A DNA stretch of 63,915 nt, the filler included, from Rhabdomonas costata (taxonomy: Eukaryota): NCBI GenBank assembly GCA_019059605.1. It is 48 parts of 48 records of this genome, joined end to end, with 100 filler letters (N's around TTAATTAATTAA, not from the genome) between each part and the next. Parts side by side here need not be neighbours in the genome. Positions count along the whole stretch, not along the records: positions 1 to 1,234 come from JAHMHO010022552.1; positions 1,335 to 2,568 come from JAHMHO010022553.1; positions 2,669 to 3,902 come from JAHMHO010022554.1; positions 4,003 to 5,236 come from JAHMHO010022555.1; positions 5,337 to 6,567 come from JAHMHO010022556.1; positions 6,668 to 7,901 come from JAHMHO010022557.1; positions 8,002 to 9,234 come from JAHMHO010022558.1; positions 9,335 to 10,568 come from JAHMHO010022559.1; 40 more parts are not named here. One strand, 5' to 3'. The notes under the pieces were generated by a model, which made no database searches, was not told the DNA's origin, and saw only the letters and a program-made list of their open reading frames with translations. Of the stretch, positions 1-11,282 are shown piece after piece. A program made the position numbers and the translations under genes. Every line of letters begins with the position of its first letter. Position 1 is the first letter of the stretch.

Positions 1-1234
1 TGGGAGCACCCAGGATGCGCGCGTCTTAGGTTAGGGGTAGCTTTTCTTTCCATCATCGCACTCCTTCACGTGTGTGTATGTGTGTGTGTTGTGGCTGCAA
101 TGTGCCACGTGCAATGTGGTTTCGCTCTGAATTGGTCGGAAAACAAGGCCCTTGGTGCCATCACGGTTTGCGTGGGTACGGTTTGTGTACTTTTAGGTGA
201 GCCCGTGTGCTCATGCACTTCGAAGTGAGTTGACACCTTTTGTCGCCGCCTTCGTATATTTACGATCTGTGCCACTTGCCTTCCTATTGGTGTGCGCTTC
301 AGATTCTCGACTACTCCCCCTTTCATTACTGGTTATGGTGTTGTCTTCTTGTGGGTTACTTCCAGGTGATGCCACGTTGTTATTGCGTTTGGCATTTGCA
401 AACGAGGAGGAGGACGCAGAGGTCGCTGCTCCTGCCAAAAGCTTCTGACCAAGGAGAAAGACTTGGTGGTCAAGTCCTTTTTCAAAGAGGAGTTTTATTG
501 TGAGTTGAGTTGAGCGTCCAATTTCTTTGTCGGCCGAGGAACGCTCTTGAACACAGTCCACCATGGTAATGGACAAGGGAAGCATAACACACAGAGAAGA
601 AATTGGTTGGATGGACGTCCACGTGAGTCATGTTGTCATGCGTCTGTTCTGTAACATGCACATCTGCGCTCTTGTGTCTCCCTCCGTCCTTCACGCTCTC
701 TGAAAAAATGCACGGCTCGGCTCGGTTTTATTTTACTTCACAATAGATAAAAATTTGCGCAGTTGATAATTTAACGCCTTTCTCCGGAAATTCTGGTGAA
801 CCGATTCCAGGCATCTTCCCACTCGCTTAAGCCCGCGGTAACGGCCTCAACATTTGAATGGTGGTGCACATGTGCATTACATTTCTTTCTATCTGCAACC
901 AAAAAGTCTCTGCTCCTTCTGTGAAATGTGAGATTGCGGCAGTGTCCTCTTCTCGGCCTATTCAGCTGCGGTGCGGTTTGCATGTCTTTGGGCCATCGTT
1001 CCGCATACTTTCTGTTGCAGTTATCGCGTATACAAGGTGCCCTTCATTGAACGGAAAAGGAATCCCCCCGCTTCGAGCAGCACTGCGGGGAGAATGAAAC
1101 CGCGTCCCCTACTCGTGCTGTCGCCGTTAGGGCAGCGGGGGAGCAGGTTTACTGCTGTTACCGCTGTTGCATGGCTGTATGGCAGGGCAGTGTCGGCTAA
1201 TTGAGTTTCCTTCGGCTTCCCTCCCCCCACCCCC

Positions 1235-1334
1235 NNNNNNNNNNNNNNNNNNNNNNNNNNNNNNNNNNNNNNNNNNNNTTAATTAATTAANNNNNNNNNN
1301 NNNNNNNNNNNNNNNNNNNNNNNNNNNNNNNNNN
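1235..1334. other. Artificial contig spacer (44 N + TTAATTAATTAA + 44 N); first of 47, recurring about every 1334 bp up to 62583-62682
   Basis: Identical 100-bp linker with stops in all six frames between contigs of near-identical length. Confidence 0.99.
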
Positions 1335-1363
1335 GTTGGGGGGTGGCGGAGGGTGGGTGGCGC

Positions 1364-2568
1364 TTAAATGGCGGCGGCGTACGCCATTGGCGAAGGGAGT
1401 GTCAGGGTCGGGGTATCCGCAGGGCTGGGTGCAGGGCAGCCCATAGGGGCAACAAAGCAAGGGCTGCTACATGTTGCCACGGGCATTGGGCAGGGAGCAG
1501 GCATGGGGCAGGCCACGACGGGAATCGGGCAGGAGTACGGCAGCGGCGCGGGAGCGGAGGGTGCGCAGCACTTGCGGCACTTCAGGCACCACACGATGTC
1601 CAGAATGTGCGCAACCACGGCCAGCGGGAACGCCGCGACGGCCAGGCACCACCCGCTCCCCAGGGTAACCCCGGGGTCGACGACCTCAAAGTCCGTTTGG
1701 AAGGCGGGCCCATAGAATTGCGAGCCGATCACGCACTCGCCTCGGAAGCCCAGGTACACCGCCCACGTGATCAGCGCGAACACCCACTGCGAAACAAAAA
1801 AGAAAAAAATTGTAAGGAACAGGCAAGTCCATATGGGTACAATTGACCCCCACAGTTGATGAACAAGCGCAAAGTTTGGAAACGCGCAAGGTTGCATTTT
1901 TTCAAGGTCCGGCGCAAGCAACAACAGCCACAACGGCAAAAGTCGAAAAACAATTAAGAACGGGCTGACTTCCGGGTGCGCAACCGTAAAGCTATGAAAG
2001 GCATAAACGTTTTAAAGGATATCCTGAAGGGGTTGGACTGCTGCACTGTTGGTTCGAACATATCTGATCCAAACGGGGAGCTATACTTGCAGTCTAGAAC
2101 GAAAACGCCGTGCAATACCACACCAAACGAAAAGACTGTACAAGTGAGTAAACTGTTACCGACAAGCCGCAAGCAGCCATAAGAACAAAGCAAGGAGAGA
2201 GGCGCGACAAACACACACACACACACACAAAGCGAACGGGTAAAGGTGCAAAACCGTGAAAACGCCAATGAGCAGGGCTGGGTTCAGTGCAAAGCTCACG
2301 CAGAACATCAGAAGAATGGACAGCACGAAGTTGAAGAAGCCGAAGATGATCGTCATCACGGAGAACGCACGCACCACCCGCAACAAGTTCATGCAGCCTC
2401 CCGTGTACCCGTTCGAGGGGATGCAGTTTTGCGCCCAGCACGTCGACCACAGACCCTCGTGAACCCCGGAGGTCGAGTCTATCCACCACCACCAGTCCGG
2501 GATCGACGTGCTGATGATGCTGATCACCCACACCACGAACCAGAAGAACGCCGCCGCCCCCACAAAAC
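1364..2568 (-). CDS. Claudin/PMP22-superfamily four-TM protein with Cys/Pro-rich tail, 5' partial; exons 2568-2255 and 1786-1364
   Basis: W..GLW..C..C loop (DWWW..EGLWSTCWAQNC..C) and four hydrophobic segments. Phase-0 GT-AG intron 2254-1787 (ACG|gttttg ... tttcgcag|TGG). Stop at 1364-1366. Confidence 0.75.
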
Positions 2569-2675
2569 NNNNNNNNNNNNNNNNNNNNNNNNNNNNNNNN
2601 NNNNNNNNNNNNTTAATTAATTAANNNNNNNNNNNNNNNNNNNNNNNNNNNNNNNNNNNNNNNNNNNNGGGGTGG

Positions 2676-2774
2676 GTGATTATAGGGAAGATGCCTGGAG
2701 TTGCAGTGCTTCGCTCGCACCCGACCGCCGTGCGAGCGAAGCACTGCAACTCCAGGCATCTTCCCTATAATCAC
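2676..2774. repeat. Perfect 45-bp inverted repeat (9-nt loop) at contig end; probable fold-back artefact
   Basis: 2676-2720 is the exact reverse complement of 2730-2774, and CitF similarity stops where the copied arm takes over. Confidence 0.9.
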
Positions 2775-3460
2775 ACACCACAATGACGGGTCGGCGGCCC
2801 AGGTAATTGGGCATGCTTCTGGCCCTTGCTTTAGAAGATTTTTTTGCAGCATTTTCTTTGTGGGGCTCCGCAACATGGTATGCAAGGACTCCTCTGCATG
2901 ACGAAGCAAGTGTGACCAGGGGATGAGCTGAGACGTTGTTTGCCGGGCAAAAAAAGTTGAGAGTTCAACGCGTTTCCTGGTGGCCGGAAGGGAGCGAGAG
3001 TGGCACAGGAGTGTTTCGCACTACATTATCATTTGCTAAATTGGGGAGTGAGCGACATGGTCAGTTTTGCGTTTTAATACAAAATCAATTTACACCACAC
3101 CTAGACTGTGAAAAAGTGCCATTATCCAAAAAGACGCAGAATGTTGTTGAAGATGACGTGCCAGCGGCAGCAGCTCATAGAGCGGTTAGTGGAGAGATTC
3201 ATGGGTCGATGATCGTCGATCCCATCAACAGAGCGGCCTGGCGACGGGGTTCGTATGCGCAATGGGTGATGGGTGGCCTATGGGGGTTGCTGACTGACCG
3301 TGCGACCTTCGGAGACCAAGCGGCCGACCATGCCGTTCATCGAGCCCTGGATCTGGTGCACCACGCCATCTCTGAGGTGCTCCGCGAGCACCGTGCCGTG
3401 GACCTCAAACAGCGCTGTGGGAGCCAGCGTGAGCCCAGTCACTTGCAACTCTCGGGCAGC
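2711..3460 (-). CDS. citF: Citrate lyase alpha subunit / citrate CoA-transferase, internal fragment; exons 3460-3307 and 2764-~2711
   Basis: Spliced peptide AARELQVTGLTLAPTALFEVHGTVLAEHLRDGVVHQIQGSMNGMVGRLVSE|GKMPGVAVLRSHGGRVRA is colinear with bacterial CitF as I recall it (LTLA..L..H..L.EH...GVV..I.....G.....S.G....SHGGR). Phase-1 GT-AG intron 3306-2765 and upstream acceptor tttttctcaacccaag. Confidence 0.85.
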
Positions 3461-5535
3461 CTTGGGTTGAGAAAAAGCTCCCATTCAGCATGGTATTTGA
3501 GCTGATCACTACCAAAACAACCATGAAAATACGAAAATGGATAAACGTGAGCCACCCCCAGGGTATGGATGCAACTTGAGGGCAGCAGCACACGCTAACG
3601 GAAAACAGAAGACTCAAAGAGTTCCCAAAGCGTAGAAACGGATCAGAAAGACGCCAAGAACCTCACTGCGCTCCATTTCCATATGTTCTCCCAGCTCTCC
3701 CGAAAAAGCACGGGATGTTTTCCGGCCGTTCAGTCCCTTGGCCCGCCGTCTCTTGATAGCACCTCTTTGACTCAGCAATAGGTCCAGGTAAGTACATAGG
3801 CTGTCATAGAGTCTTCTCATCCGAGGCAGCCTCTTAAACAACCTACCTCCAAAATAAGTACTATCCAATATCTCGGTGGCCAGCCCGCACCTCCACCCCA
3901 CANNNNNNNNNNNNNNNNNNNNNNNNNNNNNNNNNNNNNNNNNNNNTTAATTAATTAANNNNNNNNNNNNNNNNNNNNNNNNNNNNNNNNNNNNNNNNNN
4001 NNGGGTGGGGGGAGAGACCAGTGCGCGACGCGGTCGGAGCCGTCAGTTGGGTGGGTCTTTTCATGAGGTGGGGGTGCTCAATCTGAGATTCAGTGACTTT
4101 ATCAATGTTCTTTTGGGGGCACGGCTTTTCTAGAATTCCGGCATTTTCAAGGCGCCATTGCCAAAACCAACAGAACTGTTGTGGAAGGGACCATGCTGCG
4201 CTGGCCCCGCCCACCCATTTCTTCCCAAAAAAAGACATAAAAGACATCGACCATCAGTATGCCCGAGGAAAATTGAAAACGGAGTGACAATTTACAGACA
4301 GTATCAAGCAAAACAAACCGACAAAAGTGGAGGAAAGTCACCCATTCACCAATTTGGTTATTGCATCATGACTTCAGGGAATCCTTGCTTCCAAAAAACG
4401 ATGTGAAACCTATTGCTTGGTTTATTATGGTCACGCATTGAGAAGTTAACCAGTTGACACGAGCAGAAACCGAGTGTCAAATGCTTCCTTGCTCTTTCAT
4501 GGGCACCAAGCGTCCTTCCATACTTTATGAAATTTTTGGCTGGTCCATCGTATCAAGGTTTGCGTGTCACTCATTTTAGCGGCCGCTAATCGCGCATTTC
4601 ACAAATCGCCACACAGTAAACAGCGAAGAGAAGAACACCGGGTGGTGTCTACCATCGTAATTGGTCATTTTCGCTACTATCGCCATCGCGATGCCTATCT
4701 ACTGTAGTATCTGGTGCAGAAGCCGAAGTGAGCTTCATGTACCTATGCACCAGGTGAAATTTTTACAGCATCCAGGAGCCCTTCGAGTCCGTATGCACAC
4801 GAGAGTCGCTACAGCAAGTGGTGTTAATAGTGGTCTTTAAACTCTCAAATCGGTCAGCAGCGGTATGAGACATTCCCCCCTAAAAAGGCGGAGTTTTTCT
4901 GCGGAGTTTAGGGTCAGGACTGAGGGCAGCAATGCTCTCTGGGACTCCGCTACTTCTCGTTGTTTTGGCGCCATTTTTTCACTGTTAGTTATCTTCTCTG
5001 CTGTGTGAACCCGCAGGTGCTGTCCTCCAGCCCTTCACCTACGGGCACTATTCCTCTTCCTCCTCTTCCTCCTGGACCCTCCGAGCACGGAGCTGCGCCA
5101 GCTGAAGGCTTGGCGGTGTGCTTGGTTGTGGCGGTTCTCGTTGGGCCTCCCATTGTCCCTCTCTTTGATCGGGTGTTTCATCGACCATGAGAGAATTTGA
5201 AATCCAAGTGCGTCTTTTTGAAGTCGAACAAACCACNNNNNNNNNNNNNNNNNNNNNNNNNNNNNNNNNNNNNNNNNNNNTTAATTAATTAANNNNNNNN
5301 NNNNNNNNNNNNNNNNNNNNNNNNNNNNNNNNNNNNGGGGTTTGGTGAATTTGATGAAATGTCTTCTCGAGTCTTTGGCTGCAGAAACACTGCTCCTTAA
5401 GGACTTGCCTTCATGCGGATTTTTTCACACTAGATTTTGTGGTAATTCTTCCTTCCCTAGCAGCCCTTCCGCCAACCTCCTTCCCAATCTAAATTGCATT
5501 GGACAGAGCTTTTACTTGATGTCCTCCTGGTGTTG

Positions 5536-5569
5536 CAAGTCAAGTCAAGTCAAGTCAAGTCACGTCAAG
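5536..5569. repeat. (CAAGT)n microsatellite
   Basis: caagtcaagtcaagtcaagtcaagtcacgtcaag. Confidence 0.9.
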
Positions 5570-5892
5570 CCAAAGGCAGTGTTCAAGTACTTGAAATCTT
5601 GCTTTCTTTGGTTGCTTTTGTAACTCCAAGTGCAACACAAAGCCGGTAAGGAAGGTGGGGTTAGCATCTGGGCATTCCGATCGCGGTCACTGGAGCCTAT
5701 GTATGCCATTTTTTAGTTTTCCAGACGAGTGCAAATGGTAGTTTCTCTTCTCACGTCGGCCTCCTGTGCTCCTTCAGAACTTACTCGTTCTTTGGGAGTG
5801 GTATGGGTTGTACTGACTAGAGCGGTGAACAGCAGACAAGGTAGGTTGGTCAGTGAGAGTGCGAGAAGAAGGGCGGCTGCTGGTGCGGAGGG

Positions 5893-6030
5893 ATGGCGGG
5901 GGCAGAGGAGGAGATGGATGCCTTCCTGGCAGCACAGCTACCCACCCGTTCCGAGCTGAACGCGCGGCACGGGCCGGCAGTGAGGCAGTTCCTGGAGGCC
6001 CACGCCGGGGTCCGAGTCGCTGTTGTTACG
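5893..6030 (+). CDS. PPCS: Probable first coding exon of phosphopantothenate-cysteine ligase
   Basis: MAGAEEEMDAFLAAQLP...VRQFLEAHAGVRVAVVT|gtgtgg ends exactly where PPCS has RVVLVT-SGGT. The diagnostic SGGT is not in this contig. Confidence 0.5.
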
Positions 6031-6050
6031 GTGTGGAGCGAGGGAGAGAT

Positions 6051-6307
6051 AGACCTTGCTCAGTGAGTATCCTAAGTCTCGCTACTGCTCGAGACTCCGG
6101 TCATCTTCAGGCAACTATGTCCCCAACCAGGCGCCTGCTCTCCCCCATGTTCCACAGGGGAAGTCCTGGTTGGGGTGGGGGGCCAGAGTTGCCTTTAGCC
6201 TAACGCTTAATCGAGACCAGCGTTTTGGACTCTTACATTCGATTCGAGCCGATTTCGGTGCCTGTTAGTATTCGTATCAATGTTCACCCTTACATTCAGC
6301 TCAGTGT
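6051..6307 (+). repeat. Structured dispersed repeat, copy 1 (in the putative PPCS intron)
   Basis: Aligns end to end with the reverse complements of 54722-54983 and 56580-56804. Confidence 0.9.
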
Positions 6308-7082
6308 TTCTCACACGCCAGTGGGGGTTCCCAAGACCCCAGCGTACACATGGGGAAGGCCAACTCCCTGCGCGGTAAGAGAGAGAGGGACAAGTCAATT
6401 CCAGGCATGGAGTGGACCGTCATGAGTTGGAACCCCCGCCCAAACAAAATTGCCCTTGCCAAGTGCACAGAGTGTGTTTCTGTGTGTGTCGCGGGAAGCA
6501 CACAGCGGTGGAGCCCGGTAAAAAAAAAACCAAACACACCCACCCACCCCCAAACACACTCAATACANNNNNNNNNNNNNNNNNNNNNNNNNNNNNNNNN
6601 NNNNNNNNNNNTTAATTAATTAANNNNNNNNNNNNNNNNNNNNNNNNNNNNNNNNNNNNNNNNNNNNCACAATTTTGCGAATGTGTGTTTGGCCTCAGAA
6701 GGTATTGGTTCGGGAGACAAAGTTGTATTTGCACACGTGCTTTCACTCGCAATATATCCACCTTTGTTTGCGTTTACTGTATTGCTTACGATGACGAGTA
6801 GGAGTTCTGTGTATATATGATTGGTTTGTGTGTGTCAGTGTGCTTCGGTGAGGTGTAGTGCTTTAATGTGGTGTTGCGGTACAATAAAGTGTGAACTGTG
6901 CGCTTTGTGGGTGATGGTGGTTCATTGTGTGCACTCAAATATGCTTGTATGAGTTCCGGTGGTGTGGTGACGAGTGTTTGTGGACATCAGTATATAGCGA
7001 GAGTGCTGCTTTCTCAACGTGATGTCAGGTTGTTTGTTGTGGAACGGCGTTGGTTGTAGAACTCAACATCGCGTTGCTATAT

Positions 7083-7880
7083 TAGAATATAAATTTAGAA
7101 TATAAATTTGCCCAAACACCATCTATGCCCTGGGTGCTGATAACGCGGATATTGCCACTGATGAGCTCCTTCCTGGTGTATTTGCCAGCGCCATGATCAA
7201 CAGAATGTAGCGAGAGGCCATGTTCCTTCGCAGGACCAATGTAGGCCTTCACAGAATAGAACCGGCAGCAATATGGTCGAACAACCCATCAGCCTCCACC
7301 TTGTTCGGCGGACCAAATCTGCGCTCATCAGAATCAGAGCATAGCTTGTCAAATGTTTCCAAGTAGAGCCTCGCTGACTTCCTTTCAACGACACCTTGAA
7401 CGTCAGACAAGACTTTCTTGTAATGACAGTGCAAGCCTTTGCGTTTACAACCAATCTCTGTTTCATCCGCCTCCACTTCCAGGTCATTGCCACCTAAGAC
7501 ATCGAACAAAGCATCCTGTTGGTCAATGAAACACTGCCTGAACCTGGAGGACCAAGAAACCACAGTTGCAGAGTAGTGGCCCAGCATCTCTTGAGCACGT
7601 AAACCACCGAAATCGTGAGCCCAGAAGTAAGCCAAGATCAGGAATCTTTTTCCGAAAGATTTGAGCCCTCCAGGAGACCTCCGGAAACCGCATACACCCT
7701 CCTTCGACAGTTATTGTCAGAGCATTGAAAACCAGCCTTGCCTCTATAGTTGTCAGCCTTCAAAACAGCTACACAAGAGGGGCAACCATCACATGCAGGA
7801 TGAATCACATACTTCTGCATCCATTTTCGTCGCTTAAATCATTCTCGGCGATTTCCATAACATCGTAAAGCGTCAACACT
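7083..7880 (-). mobile_element. Merlin / IS1595 (ISXO2-like) DNA transposase pseudogene
   Basis: Zn ribbon CPSC..FQCSDNNC, first catalytic motif GGNDLEVEADET, GVVER, GSIL, then KAY...HSVDH...STQGIDGVWANL. In-frame stops and frameshifts; the second catalytic Asp segment is missing. Confidence 0.85.
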
Positions 7881-8180
7881 CACCCAAAGAAACCCAACAC
7901 ANNNNNNNNNNNNNNNNNNNNNNNNNNNNNNNNNNNNNNNNNNNNTTAATTAATTAANNNNNNNNNNNNNNNNNNNNNNNNNNNNNNNNNNNNNNNNNNN
8001 NGGGTGTGTTGAGAAAAGCAAAAAGAAGGGACCCGAGAGAGCTGCACTTTCTCCCTGCCACTACGTTATTCCGTTTACCCACATCACAATGAGCGCTGCG
8101 AGTCATAGGTCGCTGGATGAGTCTTAATTTTGTGTGCGAGTGGCCCCATTCCTCTGCTTTTCTTTGCTTTTCCTCCTCAG

Positions 8181-9043
8181 GACAGTGCTCAGTGGACGAA
8201 GAACCAGGCGGAGCTGCTGCTGCGGTCGAAGGCCATCGCGACGCGGTTCCGGCGGGTGGTGCTGAAGGCCCAGGTGCAGGCCAGCCTGCGCAGCGGGGAC
8301 ATTGGCGCTGCGCTGACGCTGCGGATGCGGCTGCACATCCTGGACCAGCAGAGGCAGCAGATCATGGTGAGTGGGTGCGCGGCGTCGGGAGCTGCTTACT
8401 CTGATACCCTCACTTCCCTACACACAGGGAGAAGTACACCGCAGAACAAGCTAGTGAGCATATCCCCGGCGAAATGCCTCAACACCCACGACACACATCC
8501 CTGCCGTAGCAGAAAGTCGAGCAGACTTGGATGAGAGCGGCTCCTGTGTGGTCAGTTTTTTTTGAGTTCCTTGGGGGGGGGATCCGAAGACCTGGAGGAA
8601 TAGAGTGTTGTATGAAGAAATGCGGATGGGGTGGGATGATTCGATGTGGAGGATGACCGGGAAAAGGTTGAACTTGTTCTGTCAAGTTCTTGCATGCTAG
8701 AAACCGACTGGAAATATGGCTTTCTCACTGCTGCTGTGATATCCTTTTGCTACTGAAGTCTCCCGCTGGCAACTATTATGTTGAAAAACATGGTTTTGCG
8801 GCGACTAACGACAATGTGATTGGCAGGACTGAAACCGCTTCGCTACTTCCCATTTCCCTTTCCCTGCACTTCAATCCGTACCCCGCACTTGCCCACACAT
8901 ACTATCTCTCTCAGGTGCACCGGCTGAGCAACCTTGTCTCGATCCGGGCCCTCACCAGCGGCACCGTGGACACGGCGATCCACACCGCTATGCCCACTCC
9001 CCGCGGGGGCAGTCCAGAGGCCTCACCTGACGACCAGACCGAA
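8181..9043 (+). CDS. Hypothetical protein, internal exons 8181-8366 and 8915-~9043
   Basis: tttcctcctcag acceptor, ATG|gtgagt donor and ctctctcag acceptor are phase-0 consistent. GC3-rich; no family recognised; 3' end approximate. Confidence 0.55.
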
Positions 9044-9397
9044 GGTCCTCCCCCACACGCAGCATTGATGGCCCCCCATGGCCGTGCCCGAACGTTTAAT
9101 TTCCCAGAGCATGGGTTTTGGATCAAACAAAACAAAGGGCTAAAACGCTTAAACGCTTTGAAACTTCTGCTGCGTGACAGGTTGTCTGTGAGACCACGGT
9201 CGCCATGGATACCTGCTTCACGGACACACCACCCNNNNNNNNNNNNNNNNNNNNNNNNNNNNNNNNNNNNNNNNNNNNTTAATTAATTAANNNNNNNNNN
9301 NNNNNNNNNNNNNNNNNNNNNNNNNNNNNNNNNNGGTTGTGTGGATGGATGCCGTTTGGTGATGATGATGTTGTCCTTGCTCTTCGCGTCGTCGAGC

Positions 9398-9460
9398 TCC
9401 TGAAGTTGGGGGCCCGAAGGCGCCACGAGGATGGCTGGTGGCGGATTGCCGAGGGGTTTG

Positions 9461-9492
<32 letters not shown>

Positions 9493-9748
9493 GCCTGCTC
9501 TTCGATGTGCTTGCAGGGGCGGTTGGAGGGGAGGGAAGGCTGATCTCAGGGCTACTTCCTTCTTGTTCTTTGCGTTTTCGTTGTGGTTCTTCTTCTTCTG
9601 CATGTTGCAGCCCGCCTACAGGCTGGTGGCCGCCGATTCTCCCCCCACCGATGCGATCGGCTTCCGGCAGAACGACGGGGACATGTTGTACGCTGCTGTA
9701 GTCGAGACCGCTCAGTGCGACATCCCCGGGTTTTCCTTCCGCACCAAG
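9398..9748 (+). CDS. Hypothetical protein, exons ~9398-9455 and 9611-9748; the intron carries (CTG)n
   Basis: GGG|gtttgg ... ttgcag|CCC in phase 0 gives WLVADCRG|PAYRLVAADSPPTDAIGFRQNDGDMLY; GC3-rich. Confidence 0.45.
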
Positions 9749-10061
9749 GTGCCGTTGCTCTTTGAGCATGCATGACCCATGTGCTGCTTCTGGTGGTGGT
9801 CAATCTGTGTGAGTGAGAGCGACCGTCCTAAAAGCAAAGAATGTTCTTCTCCAATGTTCTCAGCAGAATCCCTGGGATTCACGCGGTGCTTGCTGCAGAG
9901 AGGTCATTGCGTGTTGCTTGGAACCAAACATGCAAAGACATCCACAGTCACTCACAGTCATGGTGCCCTCCTTTCTCAGAGTGATGAGTGATCACTTCGG
10001 GTTCTAAACTAATGTTTATCTGCGAGTGTCATAGGCAGACGAAAGGAGTGGGGGCGCACTT

Positions 10062-10122
10062 GTCTTGGTCTTGGTCTTGGTCTTGGTCTTGGTCTTGGTC
10101 TTGGTCTTGGTCTTGGTCTTGG
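10062..10122. repeat. (GTCTTG)n hexamer microsatellite, about 10 units
   Basis: Direct reading. Confidence 0.95.
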
Positions 10123-11282
10123 GTGCACTTCAGGGGACTGGTTGACGCCCCACCATAAATACAGCACAACCAATGAAAAACACAGTGAGGAGTCCCGCAA
10201 AGCACGCCGTAATGCTTGAAGGTGCCAGAGGAGTTTTTGCCAAGCCTTTAGGACCTGCCCTGGGGCACCCTCCGGAGGAAAGCTGAGCCATACCGTTAGT
10301 TCTCTTTTCGGAAAGTATCCCCATCCACACGTTTATTTCACCCGGGAAATGGTCAGTAATCGTCACTCGCCAAGTTTTTCAAGTTTTCCAACCGCCGTGA
10401 CAGAACAGGAAAGGAAAGCTTTTCTCCCAAAAACCTGACTAAAGATAAAAAAGTGGGCGAGCATTGTCACAAAACCCATGCATCAAAACGTCGGTGAAAT
10501 CCCGGTATCCACTGCGGTATACCGGAACGCTTAGGCACACATGGCCCGGCAACGGCCTCCACAACACCNNNNNNNNNNNNNNNNNNNNNNNNNNNNNNNN
10601 NNNNNNNNNNNNTTAATTAATTAANNNNNNNNNNNNNNNNNNNNNNNNNNNNNNNNNNNNNNNNNNNNGTTGGTGGGTATTGGTGGCATATGCTGTTCTT
10701 TCATGAATACGCAACGTTGCAAAGTCTCGATATATGGTGTAGCCTGCCATAGTATCGCCATGGACACGTATATTTGGATAACCAGAAACCTGGAGCAAAC
10801 TACTACAATAACGGAAAAACAAATAGCCTATTGGGTTTGCGGACAAACTACCTCGATTTTCGGTATTATTGTTCTTCAGAATCAGCACTACACCACGATA
10901 AGTGCATCGTTTGTTCAAAAAAAACCTAATTCTTCTCGATTCGGATGCAAAACGTGCCAACATGAAAAGACCAAGAGCCAGAAAGAAAGACAAAATTCCA
11001 CGCAAAATTCTTACCCACCTAAACTCCTGATTAGGTAAAAAATCGTCCCAAATTTGGCACAGCTTCCGCGCATTACGCAGTTATCCAAATAAACGTGTCC
11101 ACGCCGATAAAAGACAGGGCATTTAAAAGCGGGAAGCCGGACCCACGTGCCGAGACCAAGCGCACACGCAGTGTCAAACATCTTAGGCCCAAGACATGGG
11201 GTTACCTGCTCACCACCACGTTCGCTGAGCTGCTAAAAAGTGTTCCATGCCCAAAGAAAACAAAGGTCAACGGATTCAACTC

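Noticed and set aside
1279-1290. TTAATTAATTAA recurring every ~1334 bp as a biological repeat or array
   Set aside because: It is always embedded in 44+44 N and has stops in six frames, so it is an assembly linker. ORFs ending in X...LIN are artefacts.
2676-2774. Terminal hairpins as terminators, miRNA precursors or TIRs
   Set aside because: They are perfect, sit at contig ends and overwrite a conserved CitF exon from a natural ~9-bp inverted repeat, which fits fold-back chimeras.
6090-6200. Hammerhead or HDV ribozyme, or SRP RNA, as identity of the structured repeat
   Set aside because: CTGAAGA is present in one copy only and lacks the downstream GAAA. There is no HDV P3/L3 before the P1' strand. 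The CAGG/AGCAG spacing does not match SRP helix 8 and is lost in copy 3.
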